A DNA stretch of 64,000 nucleotides, from positions 96,001 through 160,000 of the IMG/VR virus record IMGVR_UViG_3300032308_002246; one strand, written 5' to 3'. The DNA comes from a virus. The notes beneath the pieces were generated by a model that was not told the DNA's origin, did no database searches, and saw only the letters and a list, made by a program, of their open reading frames with translations. Positions 1 to 8,659 of the stretch are shown piece after piece; the first letter of the stretch is position 1; the number at the start of each line of letters is the position of its first letter. The translations under genes were made by a program, and so were the position numbers.

Positions 1-985
1 TTTCTAGATGCGGGAGCATCGTCTCATTCCAGAAAACCTTATGCTCTTCTGCTGCGTTGCTAAAAGTTCTTCCTGAAGCATTACCAATAACGGATTCCGG
101 AACGCCAAAAGCAGCAAGTATTTCTTCTTTTTGTATTTGACGCATTTGCACATAGTTTGCATCTCGTGGTGATTGACCTGTATCAACAAAGTCAACACCT
201 TCGTCAGAAGAAACAACAGTCACAGCACCAGCCCTGTTTATGTTCCCTCTAAAACGACTTCTCAATTCATCTTTATCATCATCGTCAATTTCTCCTCTAA
301 CAACAAGGAGGCCGCCTGGTCTTCCGTCATTGAGCAAGAAGTTTCTGTTGTAAATCTTTGACAAGTTTTCAATTTCTATAGCAATACCAGCAGCTTCCAT
401 TGGGGTTAATGAAAGGTATGGGTCTAGAGGGTGTGGCTTTCTAATCCAAACAACATCTTCTGGTTTTAGAATTACTTTTGTTCCGTTGCGCATATCAACC
501 TCAAAACCGGAAACAAATTTTCTTGGGTCTGGTATTGGCGCAGTGTGTTGTGGTGGCAAAAGCTGAAGAGCAATCAGCTGACCATCTCTGCCTCTTACTT
601 TTTCAATGAATGCACCACGAGAAGACATGAGCAGTTGCGAAGAGAGTCTGTACCTAAAAACAAAAGAGTTTTCACCCATGTTTGATTTAGTGTTTAGTAG
701 GTTGAGAATGCTCTCATCTGACTCTCGAATAATTTTTCCAGTCGGGCTATTGTTTTCACGCAAGATGGCTGGGAGTCTTGATTGGTTTCCTGCAATTGCG
801 TCAATGCACCTATTGACCCAAGTAACCTTTTGAAAACCCTCGCGGTAAGCTCTTTCTATATCCCAAGAGTCTCTGTATGGCTTTCCAGCCATTGAAGGGT
901 TGAACGCAACCGGTGCTCCTGGTCCAAGCGCAGACTTCTGCTGTGACTGGTTAATAGACTTATTTTGCGACGAATTCCAAGCCAT
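1..985 (-). CDS. HK97-family portal protein (C-terminal part runs off the left edge; not in ORF track)
   Basis: Manual translation from ATG at 985: MAWNSSQNK...WVNRCIDAIAGNQSRLP...EDVVWIRKPHPLDPYLSLTPMEAA...YNRNFLLNDGRPGGLL...QKEEILAAFGVPESVIG...FSNAAEEHKVFWNETMLPHLE. These are typical portal motifs and the frame is open to position 1. Confidence 0.92.
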   Translation of the reverse strand, partial: MAWNSSQNKSINQSQQKSALGPGAPVAFNPSMAGKPYRDSWDIERAYREGFQKVTWVNRCIDAIAGNQSRLPAILRENNSPTGKIIRESDESILNLLNTKSNMGENSFVFRYRLSSQLLMSSRGAFIEKVRGRDGQLIALQLLPPQHTAPIPDPRKFVSGFEVDMRNGTKVILKPEDVVWIRKPHPLDPYLSLTPMEAAGIAIEIENLSKIYNRNFLLNDGRPGGLLVVRGEIDDDDKDELRSRFRGNINRAGAVTVVSSDEGVDFVDTGQSPRDANYVQMRQIQKEEILAAFGVPESVIGNASGRTFSNAAEEHKVFWNETMLPHLE

Positions 986-994
986 TATGTACTT

Positions 995-1216
995 TTACTC
1001 CATCCCAAGTAATATTCCGACTGCACCGCACGCAACACCAAAAGCAATAAAACCAGCTGGTGGAGATATCAAAAATGTTCCGATGCTCACAAATAGTATA
1101 AATGAAGCAATCAATATGTTGGCGATGGTATTCCTCCGGGTCATTTTTGAAAGAAATCTGCCTATTGCTTTTATCATTTTTTTGAACTTTGTTTCGCTAG
1201 GATTATCTTGTGCCAC
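995..1216 (-). CDS. Small two-TM membrane protein upstream of portal
   Basis: Two hydrophobic segments; ends 9 nt before the portal ATG, in a position common upstream of portals. Confidence 0.7.
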   Translation of the reverse strand: MAQDNPSETKFKKMIKAIGRFLSKMTRRNTIANILIASFILFVSIGTFLISPPAGFIAFGVACGAVGILLGME

Positions 1217-1250
1217 AGTAATCTAAACTTAGCACGACTAATCGATTTGG

Positions 1251-2561
1251 ATGACAATGACTAACTGGCAAAAAGTTTTAGAATACCTAGAACCAAGAAA
1301 ACCTCATTTTTGCCCTGAAACTCCATCTATTACGCAAAAAGTGTTCCTAAGAACTTATGCACTAGAAGCGTTTTTTGGGGGTGCCGCTGGTGGAGGAAAG
1401 AGTAGTGCTCTGCTAATGGCGGCGATGCAATATGTCGATGTGCCTGGATATTCAGCAATTCTTTTTAGAAGAACCTACGCCGACTTATCACTCCCTGGAG
1501 CTTTGATGGACCGTTTCAAGTCCTGGGTTGGCGGGGTGGAGGAGATAAGTTGGAACAACAACACATATGTCGCCACATTCCCATCCGGCGCAAGAATCTC
1601 ATTCGGCTATCTAAACAACACCAATGACTATCTGAGATACAAAGGTTCTGAGTTCCAGTTCATCGGGATGGACGAGGTTACGGAAATACGTGAGTCTGAT
1701 TACAGGTATTTGTTCTCCCGACTCAGAAGACCAAAAAGTGGTGAGCTTTCAAAGGTTCCATTGAGAATGCGTTCTGCTTCAAACCCTGCCCCCAACTGGG
1801 TTAGGCAGAGATTCATTGTTGAAGGCGTAGAAACTGGAAGAATTTTTGTTCCATCCCTCCTTACCGACAACCCAGGAATTGACCCAGAGTCATATCGGCA
1901 GGCACTTGCAGCCCTGGACCCAATTGAGAGAAGAAGACTAGAAGAGGGTGACTGGTGGGCAACGACTCTGGGAAGCCTTTTTGACAGAACCTCATTTGTG
2001 ATAATTGACCAGTCGGAAGTTCCCCCAGTTGGCGGAAACGCTAGGGCGGTGAGGTTTTGGGACCTTGCAGCAACAGAGCCTTCTGGAAATAATCCAAATC
2101 CTGACTGGACGGTAGGAACATTAGTCCTATACGACTCTGGGGTTGCCTATGTCCTAGATGTCAAAAAAGCAAGAGTCAAGGGCGACAAGGTCGAGCAACT
2201 AATAGCCCAGACTGCTTCAGAAGATGGGCCAAATGTCTCGGTCAGAATGGAGCAAGAACCTGGCTCTTCCGGCAAGGCGCTGGTAGACCAATACGCACGA
2301 TACATACTTCCTGGCTATGACTTCATGGGAATTCGCTCAACTGGTGACAAACTCACAAGAGCTAGACCGTTTGCGGCAGCCGTAGCTAACGGCAATGTTC
2401 GGGTTGTTCGTGGTCCATGGCTGAGTGATTGGCTTGATGAAATGTCATCTTTCCCTGAAGCCTGCGACCATGATGACCAAGTTGACTCTGCCGTTGGAGC
2501 TTTTACATTTTTAGCTGGTTTGGGCTTGCCTTATCGTCGCCCAACCAGTATCATCATCTGA
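1251..2561 (+). CDS. terL: Terminase large subunit
   Basis: Walker A GGAAGGGKS, Walker B FIGMDE, ASNP coupling motif, RNase H-like nuclease WDLA...HDDQVDS. Confidence 0.96.
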   Translation: MTMTNWQKVLEYLEPRKPHFCPETPSITQKVFLRTYALEAFFGGAAGGGKSSALLMAAMQYVDVPGYSAILFRRTYADLSLPGALMDRFKSWVGGVEEISWNNNTYVATFPSGARISFGYLNNTNDYLRYKGSEFQFIGMDEVTEIRESDYRYLFSRLRRPKSGELSKVPLRMRSASNPAPNWVRQRFIVEGVETGRIFVPSLLTDNPGIDPESYRQALAALDPIERRRLEEGDWWATTLGSLFDRTSFVIIDQSEVPPVGGNARAVRFWDLAATEPSGNNPNPDWTVGTLVLYDSGVAYVLDVKKARVKGDKVEQLIAQTASEDGPNVSVRMEQEPGSSGKALVDQYARYILPGYDFMGIRSTGDKLTRARPFAAAVANGNVRVVRGPWLSDWLDEMSSFPEACDHDDQVDSAVGAFTFLAGLGLPYRRPTSIII

Positions 2562-2592
2562 CACCAACCAAACCCCTATTAAAAGAGGAAAA

Positions 2593-3117
2593 ATGAATAC
2601 TGAAGTTATTTTTGATGCAGAAAAGTTTGCTGTGCAGATTGCAGAAATATCCAAACAGCTCATGGATGCAGATAAGACTTTTTCTGCAGCTAGGGAGCAA
2701 GATGTTGACATTGAGGAACTCTGCGAATCGCTTTCTACACTTAACTTCTTGAAGCAAGAACTTGCCTCTGTTTACGACACAGCGGCAAAGATAGTTGCTG
2801 ACAAGATGGGCTCACTCCCAATTGTTTCGCTATCAAATGGCACGACTATTGAGAAGAAGTCAGGAAGCGATAGGAAGTCATGGGACCATGACGCACTGGC
2901 TTCAATCGTCACACGGCGGTTGGTTGAAATGTCGACCGACTTGGACACCGGAGAAATGAAATCAAGCATTGACGACATTGCCTCGCAACTGCTACGTTTT
3001 GTCCAGCCGTCGTACTGGCGCATAAAAGAGCTTTCAAAAATTGGTGTTAACGCAGACAATTACTGCCAGGTTTCAGACGAAGTAAAAACAAGCATAATAA
3101 TCCGAAAGGCAAAATGA
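2593..3117 (+). CDS. Hypothetical phage protein
   Basis: 174-aa ORF with AGAGG SD; ATGA overlap with the next gene. Confidence 0.75.
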   Translation: MNTEVIFDAEKFAVQIAEISKQLMDADKTFSAAREQDVDIEELCESLSTLNFLKQELASVYDTAAKIVADKMGSLPIVSLSNGTTIEKKSGSDRKSWDHDALASIVTRRLVEMSTDLDTGEMKSSIDDIASQLLRFVQPSYWRIKELSKIGVNADNYCQVSDEVKTSIIIRKAK

Positions 3118-3782
3118 TGAGCAACGAAATTTATCAACTTCTCTCAGAGCAGTTCCCGCAGGAAATGGAGCGCACCCTAAACAAGGGTGGGGCTTCTTTG
3201 ACATACATCCCAGTTAGCGAAGTTGTTAACAGGATGAACAAGGTCATTGGTGTTGGGAAGTGGTCGCTAAAAGTTCAAAGCTTTGTTGAAATTGGAGACT
3301 CAATCGTTGCGCATGTAACGGTTATTGCTTCAATTGATGGCAACGAGGTCACCCGTGATGGAGTTGGTGGCCAGAAAATCAAACGCGTAAAGGCGACTGG
3401 GGTTGCTGTTGATTATGGCGACGAGGTAAAAGGCGCAGTCTCTGATGCCTTCAAGAAAGCAGTTCAGACATTTGGAATCGGTTTGTACCTTGCTCGAAGC
3501 GAAGACGCAATAGAAATTGAACAGGTAATGGACGCTGAAGTTTCACGCCCTGTTGAACCCGTTGATGCCGAGAAGCTTGAGATGTGGAACACATTCATGT
3601 CTGCAACAAAGAAGATGACCCCAGAACAAAAAGCAACGCTTCGCAAGGAGTGGGAGACATACAGCAATAACGCTCCTGTGCCAAGCAATGCAACCAGTCT
3701 CTCAAACGAGCAGATGGTTTTTCTTCTTGAGACGGTTGTGAAGATTGAGTTCAATGCAGAGTCGCAATCAGGCGCGCAGTGA
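3114..3782 (+). CDS. Rad52/Rad22 (Sak-like) single-strand annealing protein
   Basis: LTYIPVSEVVNRMNKVIG...W...RDGVGG...KGAVSDAFKKAVQTFGIGLYL matches the Rad52-family pattern. Confidence 0.88.
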   Translation: MMSNEIYQLLSEQFPQEMERTLNKGGASLTYIPVSEVVNRMNKVIGVGKWSLKVQSFVEIGDSIVAHVTVIASIDGNEVTRDGVGGQKIKRVKATGVAVDYGDEVKGAVSDAFKKAVQTFGIGLYLARSEDAIEIEQVMDAEVSRPVEPVDAEKLEMWNTFMSATKKMTPEQKATLRKEWETYSNNAPVPSNATSLSNEQMVFLLETVVKIEFNAESQSGAQ

Positions 3783-4564
3783 TAGTCGCCTCTGAACTGC
3801 CATACGAGCTTCCCCCGTATCTTTCACCGTCTTCAATATCAACATATGTTCAATGCCCCTTAAAGTACAAATACTCTAGGGTCAATAAGCTTTCAGAGCC
3901 TCCTACTGAGGCAACGCTGATGGGCAACTTTGTTCACGATGTTCTTGAGTATTTCTATCTAAACATTGAACCAGCAGATAGGACTATTGCTTCGTTAAAA
4001 AACGTTAGCTCATCTATCTGGGCTAGTGGAGAGTGGGCGGAAAAAGTAATTCCGTTCATCAAAGACGGACTCAATACTTTTAGGTGGAATTCTTGGTGGT
4101 GCCTTGAGAATATTTTTAAAGTTGAATCTCCAGTGGATGTTGTTCCGGCTGGAGTAGAAACTGAACTGAATGGCAGTATTGGTGGTTTCCAAATCAAGGG
4201 ATACATTGACAGGTGGTCCACACTGGATGGCAAAACAACAATCTCTGATTACAAAACTGGAAAGACCCCAAAAGCCAGGTATGTTGGTGACAAATTTACT
4301 CAGCTGCTTATTTATGCAATCGTTTTGGCCGATACAAAAGATGTTGAGATAGACCTAATTGAGCTTTTGTATCTAAAAGACGGAACTAAGTTTTCTAAAA
4401 AGTACACATCGGAAGACGCTAGCGATGTTTCAAAAATGGTTGAAAATGTGGGTAGTCAGATAGCTGTTTCATTTGAAACGAATCACTGGGAGGCTATTCC
4501 GGCTGTTTTGTGTAATTGGTGTTATTTCAAAAAAGATATGTGTGAGTACTGGAACAATAAATAA
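3779..4564 (+). CDS. RecB/AddB-like PD-(D/E)XK exonuclease with Cys cluster
   Basis: LSPSSISTYVQCP, GNFVHDVLE, GYIDR, DYKTGK, QLLIYA, C-terminal CNWC...C. Confidence 0.9.
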   Translation: MIVASELPYELPPYLSPSSISTYVQCPLKYKYSRVNKLSEPPTEATLMGNFVHDVLEYFYLNIEPADRTIASLKNVSSSIWASGEWAEKVIPFIKDGLNTFRWNSWWCLENIFKVESPVDVVPAGVETELNGSIGGFQIKGYIDRWSTLDGKTTISDYKTGKTPKARYVGDKFTQLLIYAIVLADTKDVEIDLIELLYLKDGTKFSKKYTSEDASDVSKMVENVGSQIAVSFETNHWEAIPAVLCNWCYFKKDMCEYWNNK

Positions 4565-4573
4565 GGAGATTAA

Positions 4574-5113
4574 ATGAGTACCGTCCATTACACGATGAGT
4601 GATGATGCTTTTGCACACTTGGTTGCTCAGGACATTAAGAATAAAGTTAACGATAAGCAGCGTGAGTTTCTGCGTGAATCGCAAAATGTAAACCGTTGGG
4701 CTAGGTGCCTAGATGCACTTCTGCTGAATCTCAATGAGCAAATAGAGGACATTGAAAGCGATATAGAGTCAGATACTGAGCAGTATTCTGCTCTTGGCGA
4801 AGACGGAACCGCTCTTCTTGCAGAGGCAATGCACCATTACCTTGGACAAAAACGCAAGATTGAAAAGTTCAAGGGCTATGTGTCACGGAAGATAAAAGAA
4901 GTAGCAGAGCTTGTTGCAATGCTTGAAAACGGAGTTTCGTCAGAAGACGACATCTTGGTTATGTGCAGGCAAGCAATCATCAGGCACCGGAAAGAGCTAA
5001 ACGACAACGACATTGAACCGACTCCATACGACGAAGCTCTGTGGGAAGTTTTGAATGGACGATGGAACTTTGAAGAAATTGAGTATGACGGAGCGAACCT
5101 AATTGAGATATAG
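4574..5113 (+). CDS. Hypothetical coiled-coil protein
   Basis: 179 aa, strong AAGGAG SD, helical and acidic composition. Confidence 0.75.
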   Translation: MSTVHYTMSDDAFAHLVAQDIKNKVNDKQREFLRESQNVNRWARCLDALLLNLNEQIEDIESDIESDTEQYSALGEDGTALLAEAMHHYLGQKRKIEKFKGYVSRKIKEVAELVAMLENGVSSEDDILVMCRQAIIRHRKELNDNDIEPTPYDEALWEVLNGRWNFEEIEYDGANLIEI

Positions 5114-5405
5114 GTCTGCCAAAAAAGAAAAAGAATATGTCGAGAGGAGAAAACTCGTTGCTCGACTTCTTGAAGAAAAACCATGGTGTGAGGCTTGTCC
5201 AGTTTTTGCTGAACACGATGGAAAAAAAATGTACAAACGCAATCAATCATCTGATTTGCATGAACTGAAGAGGCGCTCTCAAGGCGGCTCAATTCTGGAT
5301 GAAGAAAACATAATTTGTGTTTGCAGACCGTGCCATACCAGAATTGGAAATTATCCACAATTAGCTTTTGACCTTGGTCTAGCAAAGCACGGCTGGGAAG
5401 AATAA
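5103..5405 (+). CDS. HNH endonuclease
   Basis: CEAC...DLHE...RSQGGS...NIICVCRPCH zinc-binding HNH signature. Confidence 0.88.
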   Translation: MRYRSAKKEKEYVERRKLVARLLEEKPWCEACPVFAEHDGKKMYKRNQSSDLHELKRRSQGGSILDEENIICVCRPCHTRIGNYPQLAFDLGLAKHGWEE

Positions 5406-5480
5406 ATTCTTTTATAAGTTTTATTTCTGTTCTAATAATAATTAACACACAAGATATTTATTACTGGTGTATTGTTGTAA

Positions 5481-5552
5481 TCCTTAGGACCGTTATAGGC
5501 GCGAGGGCCGGGTGCACAGGGCAACGTGCGGCACCCGGTTCTTGCGTGTAAT
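5481..5552 (+). ncRNA. Putative structured small RNA 1 (long GC-rich hairpin)
   Basis: 17-bp stem 5499-5515/5531-5547 with four G-U pairs that favour the + strand, set in AT-rich intergenic DNA; TATTGT -10-like element at 5470-5475. Could instead be a terminator lacking a U-tract. Confidence 0.45.
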
Positions 5553-5618
5553 CAATTAAAAAAATCCACATATTTATTACCAGTTTCTATAAATATAGTT
5601 GGGTATAAAATCTCCTCA

Positions 5619-5727
5619 TACGACTTAGGGAGGGGGTGGTCCATTTCTAAACGGGAAACCGTTGCAAGAAATATCCTTTACCTGGATTTGCCACTGTGAG
5701 AAAAAATCACAGTGGCTTCTTGCTTTC
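5619..5727 (+). ncRNA. Putative structured small RNA 2 with 17-nt complement to the 16S rRNA 3' end
   Basis: TATAAAAT -10-like element at 5604-5611; AGGGAGGGGGTGGTCCA at 5627-5643; GAAA-tetraloop hairpin 5650-5663; three-way junction 5664-5723 ending in a short U-tract. Confidence 0.55.
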
Positions 5728-5745
5728 TGGTGTAGTTTTAATTAA

Positions 5746-6264
5746 GTGAATAGAAAGATAATGGGCTTAGACCTATCGCTGACTTCAACCGGATGGTCGT
5801 GCGATGGTGAGTACGGAGTCATATCTTCAAAGAATAAAAAGACACAAAGACTTGTTGATATATCTGGTGAGATTTTAGAAAAATGCTCAAAGCACAAAGT
5901 TGAAACCGTTGTAATCGAAGGTTATTCTTTTGCTTCTAGAAGTGGCCAGGCGTTCTCCATTGGGGAGCTTGGCGGAGTTGTTAGATTCTGTTTGCTTCAA
6001 TCTGGTTTTGAGTTTGTAGAGGTTCCACCTACGGTTAGGGCAAAATTTGCAACCGGTAGAGGCAATGCAGCTAAGTCAGAAGTTGTTTCAGCAATATCCG
6101 CAAAGACTGGAATTGTCTGGACTGGTTCTGGGGCTGATGACATGTGCGACGCTTGGATATTAGAAGAAATAGGTTTGGTCCACTATGGACAACAACGGTT
6201 TGATTGGCCTAAACTGAACATGTCAGCGCTTGAAAGCCTTGACTGGACACCAACTACTAGATAA
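5746..6264 (+). CDS. ruvC: RuvC-like Holliday junction resolvase
   Basis: IMGLDLSLTSTG, VVIEG, GELGGV, PPTVRAKFATGRGNAAK, DDMCDA acidic catalytic motifs. Confidence 0.9.
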   Translation: MNRKIMGLDLSLTSTGWSCDGEYGVISSKNKKTQRLVDISGEILEKCSKHKVETVVIEGYSFASRSGQAFSIGELGGVVRFCLLQSGFEFVEVPPTVRAKFATGRGNAAKSEVVSAISAKTGIVWTGSGADDMCDAWILEEIGLVHYGQQRFDWPKLNMSALESLDWTPTTR

Positions 6265-6274
6265 AGGAAGAACT

Positions 6275-6613
6275 TTGAGCAGAAGTAGCCCGATTAGCCA
6301 GGTCGAAGTTGAAGAAGAACTTTTGCGTCTTGTATCTGTTCTTGAAACAGAAACAGAAGCATTTGAGACGCTCGCAGTAGATGCGGCAAAAAAGGAAGCC
6401 GCCTATAAGTCAAACTGGGCAAAATCATACCTTGGAGCGAAAGGCTCAATCAGGGAACGAGAAGCATGGGCCGACTACCAAATGAATGACGAGAATTACG
6501 ATTATAAAATATCGGAAGGTCTTGTAAAAGCAAAACGAGAACAACTTCTATCTCTTCGCACATCAATTGATGCTCTTAGAACGCTCAATGCAAACGTTAG
6601 GTCGCAGGTATGA
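6275..6613 (+). CDS. Hypothetical helical protein (possibly a recombination mediator)
   Basis: Likely TTG start at 6275 after AAGGAAG; coiled-coil character; lies in the recombination cluster. Confidence 0.6.
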   Translation: MSRSSPISQVEVEEELLRLVSVLETETEAFETLAVDAAKKEAAYKSNWAKSYLGAKGSIREREAWADYQMNDENYDYKISEGLVKAKREQLLSLRTSIDALRTLNANVRSQV

Positions 6614-6711
6614 GGCTGAGCAAGAAGAATAAAAAGCTGTTCCCAGAAAAACTTACGAACGACAAAAGCTATTCATTTTCAATACTCAAAAAGAAAAAGA
6701 AAAAGAAATGA
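6610..6711 (+). CDS. 33-aa basic micro-protein ending in K7 (not in ORF track)
   Basis: MRLSKKNKKLFPEKLTNDKSYSFSILKKKKKKK*; ATGA overlaps with both neighbouring genes. Confidence 0.5.
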   Translation: MRLSKKNKKLFPEKLTNDKSYSFSILKKKKKKK

Positions 6712-7487
6712 CAGAGAACATACATCCATCGCTATCTGGGATGACCATACCAATAAGTCAGCTGCGTCCACTTGAAAATAATCCACGGCGTGGAGATATT
6801 GGTGCGATTATTTCTTCTTTTAGGGAATTTGGACAAGTAACGCCAATAGTTGTTAAAGACAATGGCGATTCAACATTTACCGTCATATCGGGAAACCATA
6901 GGCTTGCGGCTGCAAAACAAATGGGATGGACAGAGCTTGCTTGCATTGATTTTGATGGCAACGATAAATCTGCAATTGCATTTGCCTTAGCCGACAACAA
7001 GACATCAGAGCTTGGAGAAACAGACCAATCAGTATTAATAGAAATGATTAACAGCATTTCATCGGATTATGTCGAGCTTTTTGACAAGCTTGGTTGGGAT
7101 GATTTTGAAATAGCTTCACTTTCGGTTGACGAAATTAGAAGTTCAAAAAACGATAATCGTTCCGGCTATGTTGCTCCACCAGAAGTAAATCCGTTTAAAC
7201 CACAGAATGATGTAGCTCCGTCTGTAGAAAAAAACTCAAACGACGAGAACATCTATGTTGCTTCAGATGAAGTAAACGAGACCGAAGCAGTAACTCGTGG
7301 AAGCTCTGCAGTGAACATCAAGGGTGGAGAAAAAGCTGTAGTCCAATACACGCTTGTTTTTGATGACTCATCACAACAGCGTGACTGGTATGACTTTATT
7401 CGTTACATACGAAATGACCCTGCGTACATGGGTGATACAACAGCTGCCAAGCTGATTGACTTCATTCGTTCTCATGCGGACTTCTAA
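6708..7487 (+). CDS. ParB/Srx N-terminal domain protein
   Basis: NNPRRGD...FGQVTPIVV...VISGNHRLAAAKQMGW...ALADNKTSEL. Confidence 0.88.
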   Translation: MTENIHPSLSGMTIPISQLRPLENNPRRGDIGAIISSFREFGQVTPIVVKDNGDSTFTVISGNHRLAAAKQMGWTELACIDFDGNDKSAIAFALADNKTSELGETDQSVLIEMINSISSDYVELFDKLGWDDFEIASLSVDEIRSSKNDNRSGYVAPPEVNPFKPQNDVAPSVEKNSNDENIYVASDEVNETEAVTRGSSAVNIKGGEKAVVQYTLVFDDSSQQRDWYDFIRYIRNDPAYMGDTTAAKLIDFIRSHADF

Positions 7488-8650
7488 TGCCTAGACAGCG
7501 GATGTTTTTGTCAATGTCTTGCGTGGACGCTGCCCGTGAGAGGATGCGCCACATATACGACACTTTTGACACTGTGTGCATACAGTTTTCCGGAGGAAAA
7601 GATTCAACAGCAATTCTGTATTTGGCAAAAGAAATACACGAAGAGCGCAATCTTGGTCCTGTAAAAGTTATTTTTAGAGACGAAGAAATGCTGAGCCCAA
7701 CAATTGTCAAGTTTGTTGAAGAAGTACGCAATTATGACTGGGTTGACATGGAGTGGTACTGCTTGCCGATGGGCACGGATGTTTGGGTGCTTGGCAGACG
7801 TCAGTACTGCCTGCTGTGGTCAGCACAGCGCGCCAGAGAAGGCCGTCTAACGAGACAGATGCCAGAATGGGCAATAACAGCCGAGGACTTTGGGCTTGAC
7901 CCAAATAAACCAATACCGCAGACGATTGACTACTACACGATGCAGGGCAAAAAAGGCAAGGTTGCATTTGTAATGGGAGTTAGAGCAAATGAATCAATGA
8001 TTCGTTATCGCTCATTGGTTCAAAAACTGCATGAGAATTATATTGTTGTTCCGTACCGTTCAAAACGAAACATACCCCTTCGTTTTGCAAAGCCGATTTA
8101 CGACTGGACAACCGATGATGTTTTTAAGTTCATCGTCGAGGAACACGGTGGGACATACTGCGAGTACTACGACCTAGCTTCTTCAACAGGAAGCAACACA
8201 CGCGTAGGTATACCTTTGCACGCAGTTGCTGTTAGGCGGATAGGCGATGTTGTTGCAACGGAGCCAGAGTTCTATGACCGGCTGTGGGATATATTTCCCC
8301 ACCTTGATGCGCAGAGGAGAATTTGGCCAGACTACGACATAGAAATGGTCATTATGCGTTATGCCAAAGATGGGTGGGATGGAGTCAGGCGTTGCATTGA
8401 CGAAAACATACTCACAAAAGGCTTAGCTCAACGAGCTCTTGCTTACTCAGCAGAATTTCGTCGAAAGAGCATGAAGGAGCCGCTTTCCTATCCTGTTCAC
8501 TGGTTAATCAGAAATCTTCTAATGCATGAATTCATCGGAACATCTCCGCACCCAATTGGCCCAGGGACAAAAGCGTATTCACTTGCAATGAAAGAAGCTT
8601 CCGAACTTGCAGACATGGATTCACTTGACATAAAAGACGAGAAAATGTAG
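7487..8650 (+). CDS. PAPS-reductase-family PP-loop protein (IbrA/YbdN/DndC-like)
   Basis: AARERMRHIYDTFD...FSGGKDS, FRDEE, WYCLP, GVRANESMIR, PIYDWTTDDV. Confidence 0.88.
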   Translation: MPRQRMFLSMSCVDAARERMRHIYDTFDTVCIQFSGGKDSTAILYLAKEIHEERNLGPVKVIFRDEEMLSPTIVKFVEEVRNYDWVDMEWYCLPMGTDVWVLGRRQYCLLWSAQRAREGRLTRQMPEWAITAEDFGLDPNKPIPQTIDYYTMQGKKGKVAFVMGVRANESMIRYRSLVQKLHENYIVVPYRSKRNIPLRFAKPIYDWTTDDVFKFIVEEHGGTYCEYYDLASSTGSNTRVGIPLHAVAVRRIGDVVATEPEFYDRLWDIFPHLDAQRRIWPDYDIEMVIMRYAKDGWDGVRRCIDENILTKGLAQRALAYSAEFRRKSMKEPLSYPVHWLIRNLLMHEFIGTSPHPIGPGTKAYSLAMKEASELADMDSLDIKDEKM

Positions 8651-8659
8651 GATTTGAAA

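Noticed and set aside
3779-4564. Cas4-like nuclease suggesting CRISPR-Cas
   Set aside because: No other cas genes and no repeat-spacer array seen; its position next to Sak fits a recombination exonuclease.
5406-5745. tRNA, SRP or tmRNA identity for the intergenic structures
   Set aside because: No T-loop or cloverleaf, no SRP domain IV consensus and no tag reading frame recognised.
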